A program made the position numbers and the translations under genes. This document shows, one piece after another, positions 10,025 through 19,688 of a stretch of 64,000 bases of DNA. The stretch's first letter is position 1, and every line of letters starts with the position of its first letter. The notes under the pieces are model-generated. The model saw nothing but the letters and a program-made list of their open reading frames with translations. It searched no databases and was not told the origin of the DNA. Origin of the DNA: Acutalibacteraceae bacterium (GTDB lineage Bacteria; Bacillota; Clostridia; Oscillospirales; Acutalibacteraceae); assembly GCA_045612205.1 (NCBI GenBank), contig JAZKYQ010000081.1, positions 206 through 64,205 of the forward strand, given 5' to 3'.

Positions 10025-10053
10025 ATTGAAGAAAATGCAAATTTGTAGTATTA
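10025..10053 (+). promoter_or_regulatory. candidate sigma-A promoter
   Basis: TTGAAG (10025..10030), 17-nt spacer, TATTAT (10048..10053); 32 nt upstream of the 10085 start. Confidence 0.45.
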
Positions 10054-10084
10054 TTTTAAAAGACATTTTTTCAGGAGGATAAAA

Positions 10085-10948
10085 ATGAAACTTTTCAAGA
10101 AAAACGAAGACGATTTTTCCACTGAGTCATTCAATGCCTTTGAGGAGCTTCTTCTTGGTAAAAAAGAAAAAAGCAATTCCGTTGTCAAGGGCGGAAGTAT
10201 GGTGTTATATATTATTACAGCAGTTGCGGTTGTTGCCTGTGCACTTATGACAGCGCTTGATTTGTCAGGCAAAACTCCGACAGCTCCGTCTTATTCATCA
10301 GGTGAAAAAATTGAAGTAACCGATCCTGTTGATGTTTCCGCTTACCCTGAAAGCCTTCAGAAGCTTTACAAGGAAAACTTTGAAGCGGCAGATTTTGTTG
10401 TTTCCTACTTCGAGGAAAAGGATAAGCAAAAGGAGATTTCACTCAAGGGCTATAAGAAGGGTGATGCGATGCCTCTTTTCCTTCAGTGGGACAAGCAATG
10501 GGGATATAAAAAGTACGGTGATGATTTTGCAGGCGTAAACGCTGACGGCCCGATGTGTCTTGCAATGGTCGGTTATCATCTTACCGGAAATGAGAAATTT
10601 TTTCCTGACAAGGTAATGGAGTTTGCCGAAGGTAACGGTTATTATAATAAGGGTACCCGTCCTTCTCTTATGACTGATGGTGCAGCTGAGCTGGGACTTG
10701 TTTCCGCGCAGATTACTCCTTCAAGCGAAAATATCATTGCTTCACTTCAGAAGGGAAATCCTCTTATTTGCTATATGGGTCCCGGTAAATTTTCCGCTAC
10801 GGCTCATTATGTAGTTATCCATTCTTTTGAGGAGGGCTACCTTCTTATAAACGATCCCAACAGTAAAATCAATTCAGCAGAGCGCTGGCTCTTTACCGAT
10901 ATCGCTTCGCAGATCAAGGGCATCTGGGAAATAAGTGCGGCTTTATAA
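10085..10948 (+). CDS. membrane-anchored C39-like (papain-fold) peptidase domain protein
   Basis: 287 aa with a TM helix (MVLYIITAVAVVACALMTAL). LFLQWDKQWGYKKYGDDFAGVNADGPMCLAMVGYHL and HYVVIHSFEEGYLLINDPN resemble the Cys/His regions of Peptidase_C39_2/YvpB-like proteins. Confidence 0.55.
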   Translation: MKLFKKNEDDFSTESFNAFEELLLGKKEKSNSVVKGGSMVLYIITAVAVVACALMTALDLSGKTPTAPSYSSGEKIEVTDPVDVSAYPESLQKLYKENFEAADFVVSYFEEKDKQKEISLKGYKKGDAMPLFLQWDKQWGYKKYGDDFAGVNADGPMCLAMVGYHLTGNEKFFPDKVMEFAEGNGYYNKGTRPSLMTDGAAELGLVSAQITPSSENIIASLQKGNPLICYMGPGKFSATAHYVVIHSFEEGYLLINDPNSKINSAERWLFTDIASQIKGIWEISAAL

Positions 10949-10969
10949 TAAAGTTAACGGTTTCTGCTA

Positions 10970-10998
10970 TTGACTTTGAGTCAATATGCTGTTATAAT
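10970..10998 (+). promoter_or_regulatory. sigma-A promoter of the metK leader
   Basis: TTGACT (10970..10975), exactly 17 nt, then TATAAT (10993..10998). Confidence 0.7.
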
Positions 10999-11021
10999 AT
11001 TATGTGCAAAAATGAATATTT

Positions 11022-11116
11022 CCTTATTAAGAGTAGCGGAGGGAACAGGCCCTTAGAAGCTCGGCAACCTGCTTAAGCAAGGTGCTAAATCCTGCGGTAA
11101 GACCGGAAGATGAGGT
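11022..11116 (+). promoter_or_regulatory. SAM-I (S-box) riboswitch aptamer
   Basis: CTTATTAAGAGTAGCGGAGGGAACAGGCCCTTAGAAGCTCGGCAACC...GGTGCTAAATCCTGCGG...GAAGATGAGG matches the conserved S-box core (AGAG..GGAGGGA.UGGCCC, GGCAACC, GUGCUAAAUCC, closing P1 helix). It lies upstream of metK. Confidence 0.9.
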
Positions 11117-11124
11117 TTTCGTCA

Positions 11125-11156
11125 AAGCGGTCATACTGTGACCGCTTATCTTTTTG
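11125..11156 (+). terminator. riboswitch expression-platform terminator
   Basis: Stem AAGCGGTCA / TGACCGCTT, loop TACTG, followed by ATCTTTTTG. Confidence 0.8.
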
Positions 11157-11273
11157 CCATGAAGGGTAAAATGCAAAATGAAGAATGCAGACCTGCATTA
11201 TTGCAATTGTATTTTTTATTCAAAACCCTTATTCAGTTAATAATTCAATTTTAAAATAAAGGAGTTATAAAAA

Positions 11274-12458
11274 ATGAAAAAGTTTCTTTTTACTTCAGAA
11301 TCAGTAACAGAGGGCCATCCCGATAAAATTTGTGACCAGATTTCCGATGCAGTGCTCGATGCTATTTACGCTCAGGATCCCTCTTCAAGAGTTGCTTGCG
11401 AAACAACAGTAACAACCGGTCAGGTTCTTATTATGGGTGAAATCAGCACAGGTGCAAAGATTGACGTTGCAAAGATTGCAAGACAGGTTATCTGTGATAT
11501 CGGTTACGATGACGGCGCAAAGGGCTTTGACGGCAACAGCTGTGCAGTTCTTGTTGCTCTTGATGAGCAGTCAGCAGACATTGCTATGGGTGTTGATAAG
11601 TCCCTTGAGCTTAAGGGCGGCGAAGAGGACGCCTACAACCTTCACGGTGCAGGTGACCAGGGTATGATGTTCGGCTTTGCCTGTGATGAAACTCCCGAGC
11701 TTATGCCTCTTCCCATTTCTCTTGCTCACAAGCTTTCAAAGAAGCTCACAGATGTAAGAAAGGACGGCACCCTCGATTACCTTCGTGCGGACGGTAAGAG
11801 CCAGGTTACCGTTGAATATGTTGACGGTAAGCCCTCAAAGGTAAAGGCAATTGATGTTTCCTCACAGCACAGCGCAGACGTATCTCTTGAAAAAATCAGA
11901 GAAGACGTTGAAAAGTATGTTATCAGACCTGTAATTCCCGAGGAATTCATGGATGCGGACACAAAGATTTTCGTTAACCCCACAGGACGCTTTGTTGTAG
12001 GCGGTCCTCAGGGTGACAGCGGCCTTACAGGCAGAAAGATCATCGTTGACACCTACGGCGGTTACTCACGTCACGGTGGCGGTGCTTTCTCAGGTAAGGA
12101 CCCCACAAAGGTTGACAGAAGTGCTGCTTATGCTGCAAGATACGTTGCAAAGAACATCGTTGCTGCAGGTCTTGCTTCAAAGTGTGAGGTTCAGCTTGCT
12201 TATGCAATCGGTGTTGCAAAGCCTGTTTCAATTCTTGTTGACTGCTTCGGTACTGCTAAGATTGATGAAGATAAGATTTCAGAAATCGTAAATAAGGTGT
12301 TCGACCTTCGTCCTGCAGCTATCATTGATACTCTTAAGCTTCGTGCACCTATTTACCGCCAGCTTGCTGCTTACGGCCATGTGGGCAGAGAAGATCTTGA
12401 TGTTCAGTGGGAAAAGACTGACAAGGTTGACCAGATCAAGGCTCTTGCAGGTATGTAA
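11274..12458 (+). CDS. metK: S-adenosylmethionine synthase
   Basis: 394 aa with [61 protein letters not shown]. Confidence 0.97.
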   Translation: MKKFLFTSESVTEGHPDKICDQISDAVLDAIYAQDPSSRVACETTVTTGQVLIMGEISTGAKIDVAKIARQVICDIGYDDGAKGFDGNSCAVLVALDEQSADIAMGVDKSLELKGGEEDAYNLHGAGDQGMMFGFACDETPELMPLPISLAHKLSKKLTDVRKDGTLDYLRADGKSQVTVEYVDGKPSKVKAIDVSSQHSADVSLEKIREDVEKYVIRPVIPEEFMDADTKIFVNPTGRFVVGGPQGDSGLTGRKIIVDTYGGYSRHGGGAFSGKDPTKVDRSAAYAARYVAKNIVAAGLASKCEVQLAYAIGVAKPVSILVDCFGTAKIDEDKISEIVNKVFDLRPAAIIDTLKLRAPIYRQLAAYGHVGREDLDVQWEKTDKVDQIKALAGM

Positions 12459-12469
12459 TTAAAAACTGA

Positions 12470-12497
12470 GCTCCATGCGAAAGTATGGGGCTTTTCT
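12470..12497 (+). terminator. metK terminator
   Basis: Stem GCTCCATGC / GTATGGGGC (two G-U pairs) with a GAAA tetraloop, then TTTTCT. Confidence 0.6.
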
Positions 12498-12517
12498 GCT
12501 AATAAGGAGAGATAGCT

Positions 12518-13273
12518 ATGATTTTATATTTCACAGGCACAGGCAACAGTAAATACTGTGCTGACTTTCTTGCCGATAAGCTCGGTGATGAGGTGTACGA
12601 CCTTTCCCTGAGAATAAAGAAGAAGGACTTTTCTTCTCTTGAGAGTGAAAAGCCCTGGATAATCTGCGCTCCTACCTATGCGTGGAGAATTCCTGCCGTT
12701 GTGACGGAATTTCTCTCAAAAGCTGAGCTTAAGGGTAGCTGCAGGATGTATTTTGTTATGACCTGCGGCGGTCAGATAGGTAAGGCTGAAAAGTATAATC
12801 TTGAGCTTTGCAATAAAATTGACAAGTCCTATTGCGGTACCGCAAAGGTAAAAATGGCTGAAAATTACCTTGCAATGTTTGAGGTTACAGCTTTCGAGGA
12901 AGAGGAGCTTCTTATGAAGGATGCTGACAAAATCCTTGAAAAGACGGCTGCTTTAATTAAAAAGGGTGAAAGCCTTCCCACGGTTAAGGAGAGTGTTCTC
13001 GGGGTTGTTTTAAGCGGCAAGGTCAATGAGATGTTCAACACCTATTACCTCAAGGATGATAAGTTCATTGTCAAGGACAGCTGCACCTGCTGTGGTCTTT
13101 GTGAAAAGAAATGCCCCTTGGGCAATGTTGTGATGAAGGATGGAAAGCCTTCCTGGAACGGCAACTGCACACATTGCATGGCATGCATCTGCCATTGTCC
13201 CGTTGAGGCAATTGAATACGGTAAAAAAAGTGCAGGTAAGCGTCGCTACCGTTGCAGAAGCTATGAAGCGTAA
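12518..13273 (+). CDS. flavodoxin-like domain + 2x[4Fe-4S] ferredoxin domain protein (EFR1-family-like)
   Basis: 251 aa. N-terminal ILYFTGTGNSKYCADFLA resembles flavodoxin. The C-terminus carries CTCCGLCEKKCP and CTHCMACICHCP cysteine clusters. Confidence 0.65.
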   Translation: MILYFTGTGNSKYCADFLADKLGDEVYDLSLRIKKKDFSSLESEKPWIICAPTYAWRIPAVVTEFLSKAELKGSCRMYFVMTCGGQIGKAEKYNLELCNKIDKSYCGTAKVKMAENYLAMFEVTAFEEEELLMKDADKILEKTAALIKKGESLPTVKESVLGVVLSGKVNEMFNTYYLKDDKFIVKDSCTCCGLCEKKCPLGNVVMKDGKPSWNGNCTHCMACICHCPVEAIEYGKKSAGKRRYRCRSYEA

Positions 13274-13288
13274 AGGAGAAAAAATATT

Positions 13289-16200
13289 ATGACAAAGAAA
13301 ATTATATCATATTTGCTTATTGTGCTGATGCTTATGACATCAGTGCCTGTGGGAGCTTTTTCGGCTTCTGATGAGGTTATAACAGAAAGCTTTACATTTG
13401 AGATTGTTCCCGATGATACATTGGGCCTGTCATTTTCCGATGGTCCGTCGGTTTCATTGTTCAGCAATGACTCTTCTTATTCAGGCTGCTTCGGAAATCA
13501 GCTTGACGGTCTTGCAAAGGAATTTTACGATGCTGTGACAGAGTATTATGCTAAGGATAAAAACGTCACATATTATAAGCATACTCTGAAGGAAACTTTA
13601 ATTTTTGATTATGATGCTGAATACCAATCAATGCGTGATGAGCTGTATTCTATTGCGCAGGTTGTTTCGGACGCTTTCCTTTATGATCATCCTGAGATCT
13701 TCTGGGTCAGATATATAACTATTACATTTTCGACTCTTATTTCAAAAGACAAAGTAACAGGAAAACGAACAGCAAAAATAAAGGATGTTACTTTCGGAGC
13801 TATGGAAATTTACACTGATGCGAAATCAAAGCAGGAAGACTTTGACAAAGCTGTTGATGAAGCAGTTAAAGAAATCATCGCTTCAGTTTCCGACAAAACA
13901 AACCGCTATGAGCTTCTCAAGGCTGCACATGATTATGTCTGTAACAAGGCATGGTATAATTCTGTCTCAGACATAAGAGTGCATAATGCCGAACCGATTT
14001 TTACCGGTGATGGCGGAGTGGTTTGTGAAGGTTATGCCAAGGCCTTCAAGATTATCTGTGATGAGCTTGATATTCCCTGTGTGCTTGTAGGCGGTTATGC
14101 GGGAGAAAATAAAATATCTCATATGTGGAACTATGCACAGCTTGAGGACGGAAAGTGGTATCTTGTTGATGCTACCTGGGATGATCAGTCAAGCGGAATT
14201 TACGATACATATTTTCTTGCTAATGCAAATTCAGAAGTCTTTTTCGGAGCTATCCTTTCCGAGGAGAGAACGGAAAGAACGGATTTTTCCGGAAAAGGTT
14301 ATAAGAGCTTTATCTATCCAGAGCTTTCAAAGACTGCCCATAATGCTCACTCACATGTATGGGATACAGAATTCACCGTTGATCTTGAGCCTACCTGTAC
14401 AGAAAGCGGATCAAAATCCAATCATTGTTCAGTATCAGGCTGTAATGCAAAGATAAACATTACTTCTGTTCCTGCCACAAACCACAAAAACAGAACCGAA
14501 TACGAACAGCAGAATTCAACCTGTAATGAAACAGGCTATACAGAAGGTGTGTATTGTACTGACTGCGGAACATGGCTTTCAGGTCATGAGGAAATTCCTG
14601 CACTCGGACACGAATTTAAAGCATATGTATCCGATAATAATGCAACCTGTGCCAAGGATGGTACCAAAACAGCCAAGTGTGAGCGTTGTGATGCAACAGA
14701 CTCGGTTGCAGACAGTGGCACAAGGCTTGAGCATACCTGGGGCGGATGGACCGTTGAATCTGCGGCTACCTGTACAGCAGGCGGCTTTGAAAAAAGAAAC
14801 TGTGAAAACTGCAGTGCAAGCGAAGTCAGAAGCACAGAAGCTACAAATCATGCGAATTCTTACCTCACAGATGCAACAGAGCCTTCTTGTGCAGAGGTCG
14901 GCTACGAGGAAGGACTCTACTGTCCCGACTGTAAGATATGGATTTCAGGTCATGAGGAAATTCCTGCGCTCGGACACATTTTCTCAAGCTACACATCCGA
15001 TAACAATGCAAGCTGTACTGCTGACGGAACAAAGACAGCTGTCTGTGAGCGTTGCGGTGAAACCGATACAGTTGCGGATGAGGGCACAAAGCTTGATCAC
15101 GATTGGGGCGAGTGGATAAGCGTATCCGTTCCTTCCTGCACAACAGGCGGTGTTGATAAAAAGAGCTGTAAAAACTGTACTGCAAGCGAAACTAAGAATG
15201 TTGCCCCGACAAATCACGCAAATGCATATATTGTAGCTGCTCAGAGTGAAAACTGTACAGAGACAGGCTTCACCGAAGGCTTGTACTGTCCCGATTGCAC
15301 AATATGGATTTACGGTCGTGAGGAAATTCCGTCACTCGGACATAACTTTGAAAGCTACATTTCAGATAATAATGCAACCTGTACCGCTGACGGCACAAAG
15401 ACAGCAAAGTGTGAGCGCTGTGATGAAACTGATACGGTTACAGATGAGAATACTAAGGTTGCTCATGAGTGGGGAGAATGGGAGACCTACAGCAAGCCCA
15501 CCTGTACAACAGACGGTATTGATACGAGATTTTGCAAAAACTGCACCGAAGGCGAAATCAGAATGATTGATTCAACAAACCACGCAAATGCTTATTCTGT
15601 GGGTGCAGACAGTCCTACTTGTACAGAAAAGGGCTTCAGTGACGGTGTGTACTGTCCTGATTGTATGATCTGGCTTTCCATGCGAAGTGAAATTCCTGCT
15701 CTCGGTCACAGATTCGTTCTTTACACATCAGACAACAACGCAAGCTGTACTGCTGACGGAACAAAAACAGCGCTGTGTGAAAATTGCAACGAAACCGATA
15801 CTGTTACAGACAACGGCACAAGGCTTGAGCACACCTGGGGCGAGTGGTCGGTTGCAAAGGAACCGTCCTGCTTGAATGCCGGTACTGAAGCAAGATACTG
15901 CGGAGTATGTGAAGCTCCCGAAACAAAGACAATTCCTGCTACAAATCATCCCGATGCCTACGGTGTGGACGGAGAAGCGGCAAGCTGTACAGCTACCGGT
16001 TACACAGACGGCAGATATTGTCCTGATTGTGAGGCCTGGGTTTCAGGTCACAGTCTGATTCAGAAATTACCCCATAAGTTTACCGAAAAGATAATTGATG
16101 AAGCTCACCTCATTTCTGCGGCAACAGTAGTTGATTTTGCAGTTTACGGTTATGACTGTGAGGACTGTGATGCAATCAGCAAAACAGAGACCTTCACCTA

Positions 16201-17023
16201 CGGGGAAAGAGTTCCTGTCGGAAAAACAGAAAAGCTTACTGCCACTCAGGACACTTCATCAATAACCCTTAAATGGGACGCAGTTGATTATGCTGTTAAA
16301 TATAAGGTATATCAGAAAACATCGGCGGGCTGGAAGTCTCTCGGTAATGTTACCAAGGCTACTGCGAAAATTAAAAATCTTTCAGCCGGAACAAAGTATA
16401 CCTTTGCGGTTATGGCAGCAGCAGAGATTGACGGAAAAATTGTGTGGTCAAAGGCATATACAACAATCAATACTGCTACTCAGGCACCCTTGCCCACAAC
16501 AATCAAAACCAAGCAGACAAGCTCCGTAATTCAGCTTATCTGGAATGCCTGCCCGGGAGCAACGGGTTACAGAGTATATGTTCTTGAAGGCGCTGAATGG
16601 ATTTACCAGGGACAGTATAAGGGTACAAGGGCGTTTTTCACAAAGCTTGAAGCAGGTGCAAAATATACTTATGCTGTAAGACCCTATATTTCACTTGACG
16701 ACGGCAGTGTTGTCTGGAGCGCTTATAAGACCTATACTGCTGCAACAACTCCTGCAGCTCCTTCTGTAACTGCAAGCTCTGCCTCAAAGGGTAAAATTAC
16801 GCTTAAGTGGAATGCAGTAAGCGGAGCAGAAGCTTATCAGCTCTTTTATAAAACCGGAAACGGAGGCTACAAGCTTTATAAAAATTACACCGGTGCACAG
16901 ACCGTTAATTTCACAAACCTTAAGTCCGGCACAAAGTACACCTTTGCCGTAAGAGCTGCAATAAAAACAAGCGGCGGCTGGATTTTCGGAGCATACAGAC
17001 CTGTGAGAGTTACAGTCAAATAA
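13289..17023 (+). CDS. large secreted protein: transglutaminase-like Cys-protease core + five Cys-rich 122-aa repeats + three FN3-like domains
   Basis: 1244 aa with a signal peptide (LLIVLMLMTSVPVGAFSA). CEGYAKAFKIICDELDIPC...HMWN...VDATWD resembles a transglutaminase-core Cys/His/Asp triad. C-terminal segments (LTATQDTSSITLKWDAV..YKVYQK, IQLIWNACPGATGYRVYV, ITLKWNAVSGAEAYQLFY) look like FN3. Confidence 0.8.
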   Translation: MTKKIISYLLIVLMLMTSVPVGAFSASDEVITESFTFEIVPDDTLGLSFSDGPSVSLFSNDSSYSGCFGNQLDGLAKEFYDAVTEYYAKDKNVTYYKHTLKETLIFDYDAEYQSMRDELYSIAQVVSDAFLYDHPEIFWVRYITITFSTLISKDKVTGKRTAKIKDVTFGAMEIYTDAKSKQEDFDKAVDEAVKEIIASVSDKTNRYELLKAAHDYVCNKAWYNSVSDIRVHNAEPIFTGDGGVVCEGYAKAFKIICDELDIPCVLVGGYAGENKISHMWNYAQLEDGKWYLVDATWDDQSSGIYDTYFLANANSEVFFGAILSEERTERTDFSGKGYKSFIYPELSKTAHNAHSHVWDTEFTVDLEPTCTESGSKSNHCSVSGCNAKINITSVPATNHKNRTEYEQQNSTCNETGYTEGVYCTDCGTWLSGHEEIPALGHEFKAYVSDNNATCAKDGTKTAKCERCDATDSVADSGTRLEHTWGGWTVESAATCTAGGFEKRNCENCSASEVRSTEATNHANSYLTDATEPSCAEVGYEEGLYCPDCKIWISGHEEIPALGHIFSSYTSDNNASCTADGTKTAVCERCGETDTVADEGTKLDHDWGEWISVSVPSCTTGGVDKKSCKNCTASETKNVAPTNHANAYIVAAQSENCTETGFTEGLYCPDCTIWIYGREEIPSLGHNFESYISDNNATCTADGTKTAKCERCDETDTVTDENTKVAHEWGEWETYSKPTCTTDGIDTRFCKNCTEGEIRMIDSTNHANAYSVGADSPTCTEKGFSDGVYCPDCMIWLSMRSEIPALGHRFVLYTSDNNASCTADGTKTALCENCNETDTVTDNGTRLEHTWGEWSVAKEPSCLNAGTEARYCGVCEAPETKTIPATNHPDAYGVDGEAASCTATGYTDGRYCPDCEAWVSGHSLIQKLPHKFTEKIIDEAHLISAATVVDFAVYGYDCEDCDAISKTETFTYGERVPVGKTEKLTATQDTSSITLKWDAVDYAVKYKVYQKTSAGWKSLGNVTKATAKIKNLSAGTKYTFAVMAAAEIDGKIVWSKAYTTINTATQAPLPTTIKTKQTSSVIQLIWNACPGATGYRVYVLEGAEWIYQGQYKGTRAFFTKLEAGAKYTYAVRPYISLDDGSVVWSAYKTYTAATTPAAPSVTASSASKGKITLKWNAVSGAEAYQLFYKTGNGGYKLYKNYTGAQTVNFTNLKSGTKYTFAVRAAIKTSGGWIFGAYRPVRVTVK
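14477..16080 (+). repeat. in-frame tandem repeat, period exactly 366 bp (122 aa), about 4.4 copies
   Basis: T-N-H codon anchors at 14477, 14843, 15209, 15575 and 15941 (each 366 bp apart). Unit consensus: TNHANAY..(x)..C.E.G..EG.YCPDC..W.SGHEEIPALGH.F..Y.SDNNA.CT.DGTKTA.CERC.ETD.V.D.GT.L.H.WGEW..........C....G......C.NC. Confidence 0.9.
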
Positions 17024-17035
17024 GGGGAAACAGAT

Positions 17036-17920
17036 ATGAAATACTTATTCTGTTATTTTATCGGTAACCGTCCCGAAGAGGAGAGGGTCCATTTTGCAGT
17101 TTCCGAAGACGGTTACAACTTTGAAGCTCTTAACGGCAACAAAGAAGTAATATTGCAGACGCTCGGCAGAAGGTGTTGCCGTGATCCTTTCCTTTTCCGT
17201 GATGAGGAAGGAATGTTTCACATCATCGCAACAGATATGCGTTCCGATGACGGCTGGGCGAACAACAATTCAATGGTAGTATGGGACAGTGAAAATCTCA
17301 CCGAATGGAAAAATGAGAGGATTATTGACTTTACCGCCTTTGAAAGCACAAAAAATGCAAACAGGGTATGGGCTCCTCAGGTAATTTTTGATAAGGCAAA
17401 AGGGGAGTATATAATCTACTGGACGCACAACAATTCTGATGATGACTTTGACACAATTCCCTGGTTTACGTACACAAAGGATTTCACCACGCTCACAACT
17501 GAGCCTAAGGTGCTTTACAGACCGTCAAGCGGACTTTGCGCTATTGACGGTGATATGATTGAGAAGGACGGCATGTACTATCTTTTTGTGGCTGACGGAG
17601 AAAAAGACGGCATATGCTATGTTGTTTCAGACAGGCCCTGCGGACCCTTTAATGAGCCTGAAAACAACAAGATTTCTCTTGCAGACACTGCTCTTGAGGG
17701 TAACTGCATTTACCGCAATGCTGAAACGGGCAAGTACATTCTTATTGCTGATCAGTTCAAAAAGGGCGGTTATTTCATGCAGGAAAGTGACGACCTTGTT
17801 CACTTCGAAAGGGTGGAGAAGGATCGCCTTTCAATCGATCATATCAGACCTCGCCACGGATCAATGCTTCTGATTACTGATGAGGAGTACGAGAGAGTGG
17901 TTGAGTTTTACGGGAAATAA
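17036..17920 (+). CDS. glycoside hydrolase family 43-like protein (five-bladed propeller, no signal peptide)
   Basis: 294 aa. CRDPFLFRDEEGMFHIIATD, VWAPQVIFDKAKGEYIIYWT, DGDMIEKDGMYYLFVAD and ALEGNCIY resemble the GH43 Asp/Asp/Glu regions. Confidence 0.6.
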   Translation: MKYLFCYFIGNRPEEERVHFAVSEDGYNFEALNGNKEVILQTLGRRCCRDPFLFRDEEGMFHIIATDMRSDDGWANNNSMVVWDSENLTEWKNERIIDFTAFESTKNANRVWAPQVIFDKAKGEYIIYWTHNNSDDDFDTIPWFTYTKDFTTLTTEPKVLYRPSSGLCAIDGDMIEKDGMYYLFVADGEKDGICYVVSDRPCGPFNEPENNKISLADTALEGNCIYRNAETGKYILIADQFKKGGYFMQESDDLVHFERVEKDRLSIDHIRPRHGSMLLITDEEYERVVEFYGK

Positions 17921-17938
17921 CAAAACAGACGGTGCAGT
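17912..17938. repeat. left copy of a perfect 27-bp direct repeat (GGGAAATAACAAAACAGACGGTGCAGT)
   Basis: Read directly. It covers the last codons and stop of the GH43-like gene plus the 5' arm of a terminator stem. It is identical to 21217..21243. Confidence 0.95.
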
Positions 17939-18007
17939 AAAGAATGCTTACAAGTCTTAACACTAAGACAAAATAATATGAGGAGCGTTAACTGTATCCT
18001 TTAAATC

Positions 18008-18040
18008 AAAAAAAGATGCCTTGCTTAAGGCGTCTTTTTT
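18008..18040 (+). terminator. hairpin/terminator inside the inserted cassette
   Basis: AAAAGATGCC / GGCGTCTTTT stem (one G-U), 8-nt loop, T-run. The flanking A-run makes it potentially bidirectional. Confidence 0.55.
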
Positions 18041-18070
18041 AGTTTTGTTTAAGATGAAAAATTCAAAACA

Positions 18071-18099
18071 TTGACAATCAAATTTTTATAAGATATAAT
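18071..18099 (+). promoter_or_regulatory. consensus sigma-A promoter of the radical SAM cassette
   Basis: TTGACA (18071..18076), 17 nt, TATAAT (18094..18099); 33 nt upstream of ATG 18132. Confidence 0.7.
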
Positions 18100-18131
18100 T
18101 TTGTTGCAATGTTATGTGAGGAGGCAAGAAA

Positions 18132-19604
18132 ATGAAGGTGTTGTTTTTCGATCCGCGAAGGTATAAGTCATTTCGCTCCAGCACTGCCCCTTTGGGGTTG
18201 TTGTCTATAGCAACGTATCTTAATGCTAACGGTCACAAGGCTGCGATTTGCGACAGAAGTCACACTAAAGAGAGCTTGAATCATATTATAAACATTAATA
18301 AGCCTGATATAATCGGTGTTTCTGTTATCACTTATAGTGCTGTAAAAGATGCTTTGAACATAGCAAAATGCGCAAAGTCAAAGGGAATACCTGTGATTTT
18401 CGGCGGTACAATATCTTCAATAATACCTTTTGAATTTCTTAAAAGCAGAAAGGTTGACTACATAAGCATTGGAGAGGGAGAAGAAACCTGGCTTGAATTA
18501 GCTGATGCGTTTGATGCCGGAAGGCCATTTGACGAAATAAAAGGACTTGCTTTTTTGAAAAACGGTGAATATATTCAAACACCGGAAAGAGATTTTACCG
18601 ATTTGTCTGTCTTGCCGATGTTAGATTGGTCGCTGATAAATCCTGCAGATTTTTTACAAAAAGGTTTTGCCGGAAAAAGACAAGCTAATATATATTATTC
18701 AAAGGGTTGTTTTGCTAATTGTCATTTTTGTTATAATAAAAATTTTCATAGGTGTTCACGAAGGCAACGTTCGTTGAAAGTTGTTATTGAAGAAATGGAT
18801 TATCTTATTGAAAATTACGGAGTAGATGGATTTAATTTTACAGACGATCTTATTTTTTATGATGAAAATCAAGTAAATGAATTTGTAGCTGAATTAATGA
18901 AATATGGAGTTCACAAAAGGTGCGGTTGGATAGGTGAAATCCGCATCGATATATTTAAGAATAAGGATATTTTTGCATTGTTATATGAGGCAGGATGTCG
19001 TAATCTTATTTTTGGAGTGGAAACCGTTTCTGATGATATGCAAAAAGTGCTGAACAAAAAGATCGATCCCCAAAAAATAAAATGGATCGTGAATGAATGC
19101 GCAGAGGTGGGTATAACACCACTGCTTACGTTTATGATAGGGCTGCCCGGAGAAACGGAAGAAAATATAAGGGAAACAATAGAATTTGCTAAATCGTTGA
19201 ATAAAGCAATTTGTTGTTTTCAGCTTTACACACCTACTCCCGGGACAAAAATATACAATGACCTGGTTTCAGCAGGAAAACTTAACAAAATGGAAACAGC
19301 TGACGAATACGGCGAAATTGTTTTCAGTGAGAAACTTTTAAAAAATATTTCTGAAATAACAACTAAAGAAATCTATACTATTTACAGATATTTTAAATTA
19401 AAGGAGTTCACCTATAAAGATAAAAATTCGGATGATGAACAAATTTTAAAAGTTATTGTAAATATAGTAAAATCTATGACCGGAAAAGGTATAGTTTACT
19501 TTTTTCTAGCAGGCATTAACAATGCGAAAAACTTGATTGTATTGTTGTCTTTTTTTCTGCATCCGCGCATAAGAAAAAAATATGGTTTGTATTTCACTAA
19601 ATAA
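18132..19604 (+). CDS. B12-binding domain-containing radical SAM protein (paralog 1)
   Basis: 490 aa. N-terminal cobalamin-binding-like region (PLGLLSIATYLNANGHKAAICD, PDIIGVSVI). Radical SAM cluster CFANCHFC (CxxxCxxC). RBS GAGGAGG. C-terminal tail FFLHPRIRKKYGLYFTK. Confidence 0.85.
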   Translation: MKVLFFDPRRYKSFRSSTAPLGLLSIATYLNANGHKAAICDRSHTKESLNHIININKPDIIGVSVITYSAVKDALNIAKCAKSKGIPVIFGGTISSIIPFEFLKSRKVDYISIGEGEETWLELADAFDAGRPFDEIKGLAFLKNGEYIQTPERDFTDLSVLPMLDWSLINPADFLQKGFAGKRQANIYYSKGCFANCHFCYNKNFHRCSRRQRSLKVVIEEMDYLIENYGVDGFNFTDDLIFYDENQVNEFVAELMKYGVHKRCGWIGEIRIDIFKNKDIFALLYEAGCRNLIFGVETVSDDMQKVLNKKIDPQKIKWIVNECAEVGITPLLTFMIGLPGETEENIRETIEFAKSLNKAICCFQLYTPTPGTKIYNDLVSAGKLNKMETADEYGEIVFSEKLLKNISEITTKEIYTIYRYFKLKEFTYKDKNSDDEQILKVIVNIVKSMTGKGIVYFFLAGINNAKNLIVLLSFFLHPRIRKKYGLYFTK

Positions 19605-19688
19605 TCAACATCGAATACTTTTATAGTGTTAATAGTGAAATAAGTTAAAACAGATTTATACTCTACTTTTATTTTAATGGGAGGTTTT

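Noticed and set aside
14526-15949. Several 60-197-aa ORFs on both strands inside the 366-bp repeat array (e.g. 14526..15119+, 14865..15185-, 15246..15566+)
   Set aside because: They are alternative-frame artefacts that recur only because the underlying coding repeat recurs. The main frame has a signal peptide, coherent domains and no interruptions.
14477-16080. Regular tandem repeats considered as a possible CRISPR array or satellite
   Set aside because: The period is 366 bp, a multiple of 3. The units are in-frame coding sequence with conserved Cys/His positions. There is no short repeat/spacer alternation. I found no CRISPR array anywhere in the window.
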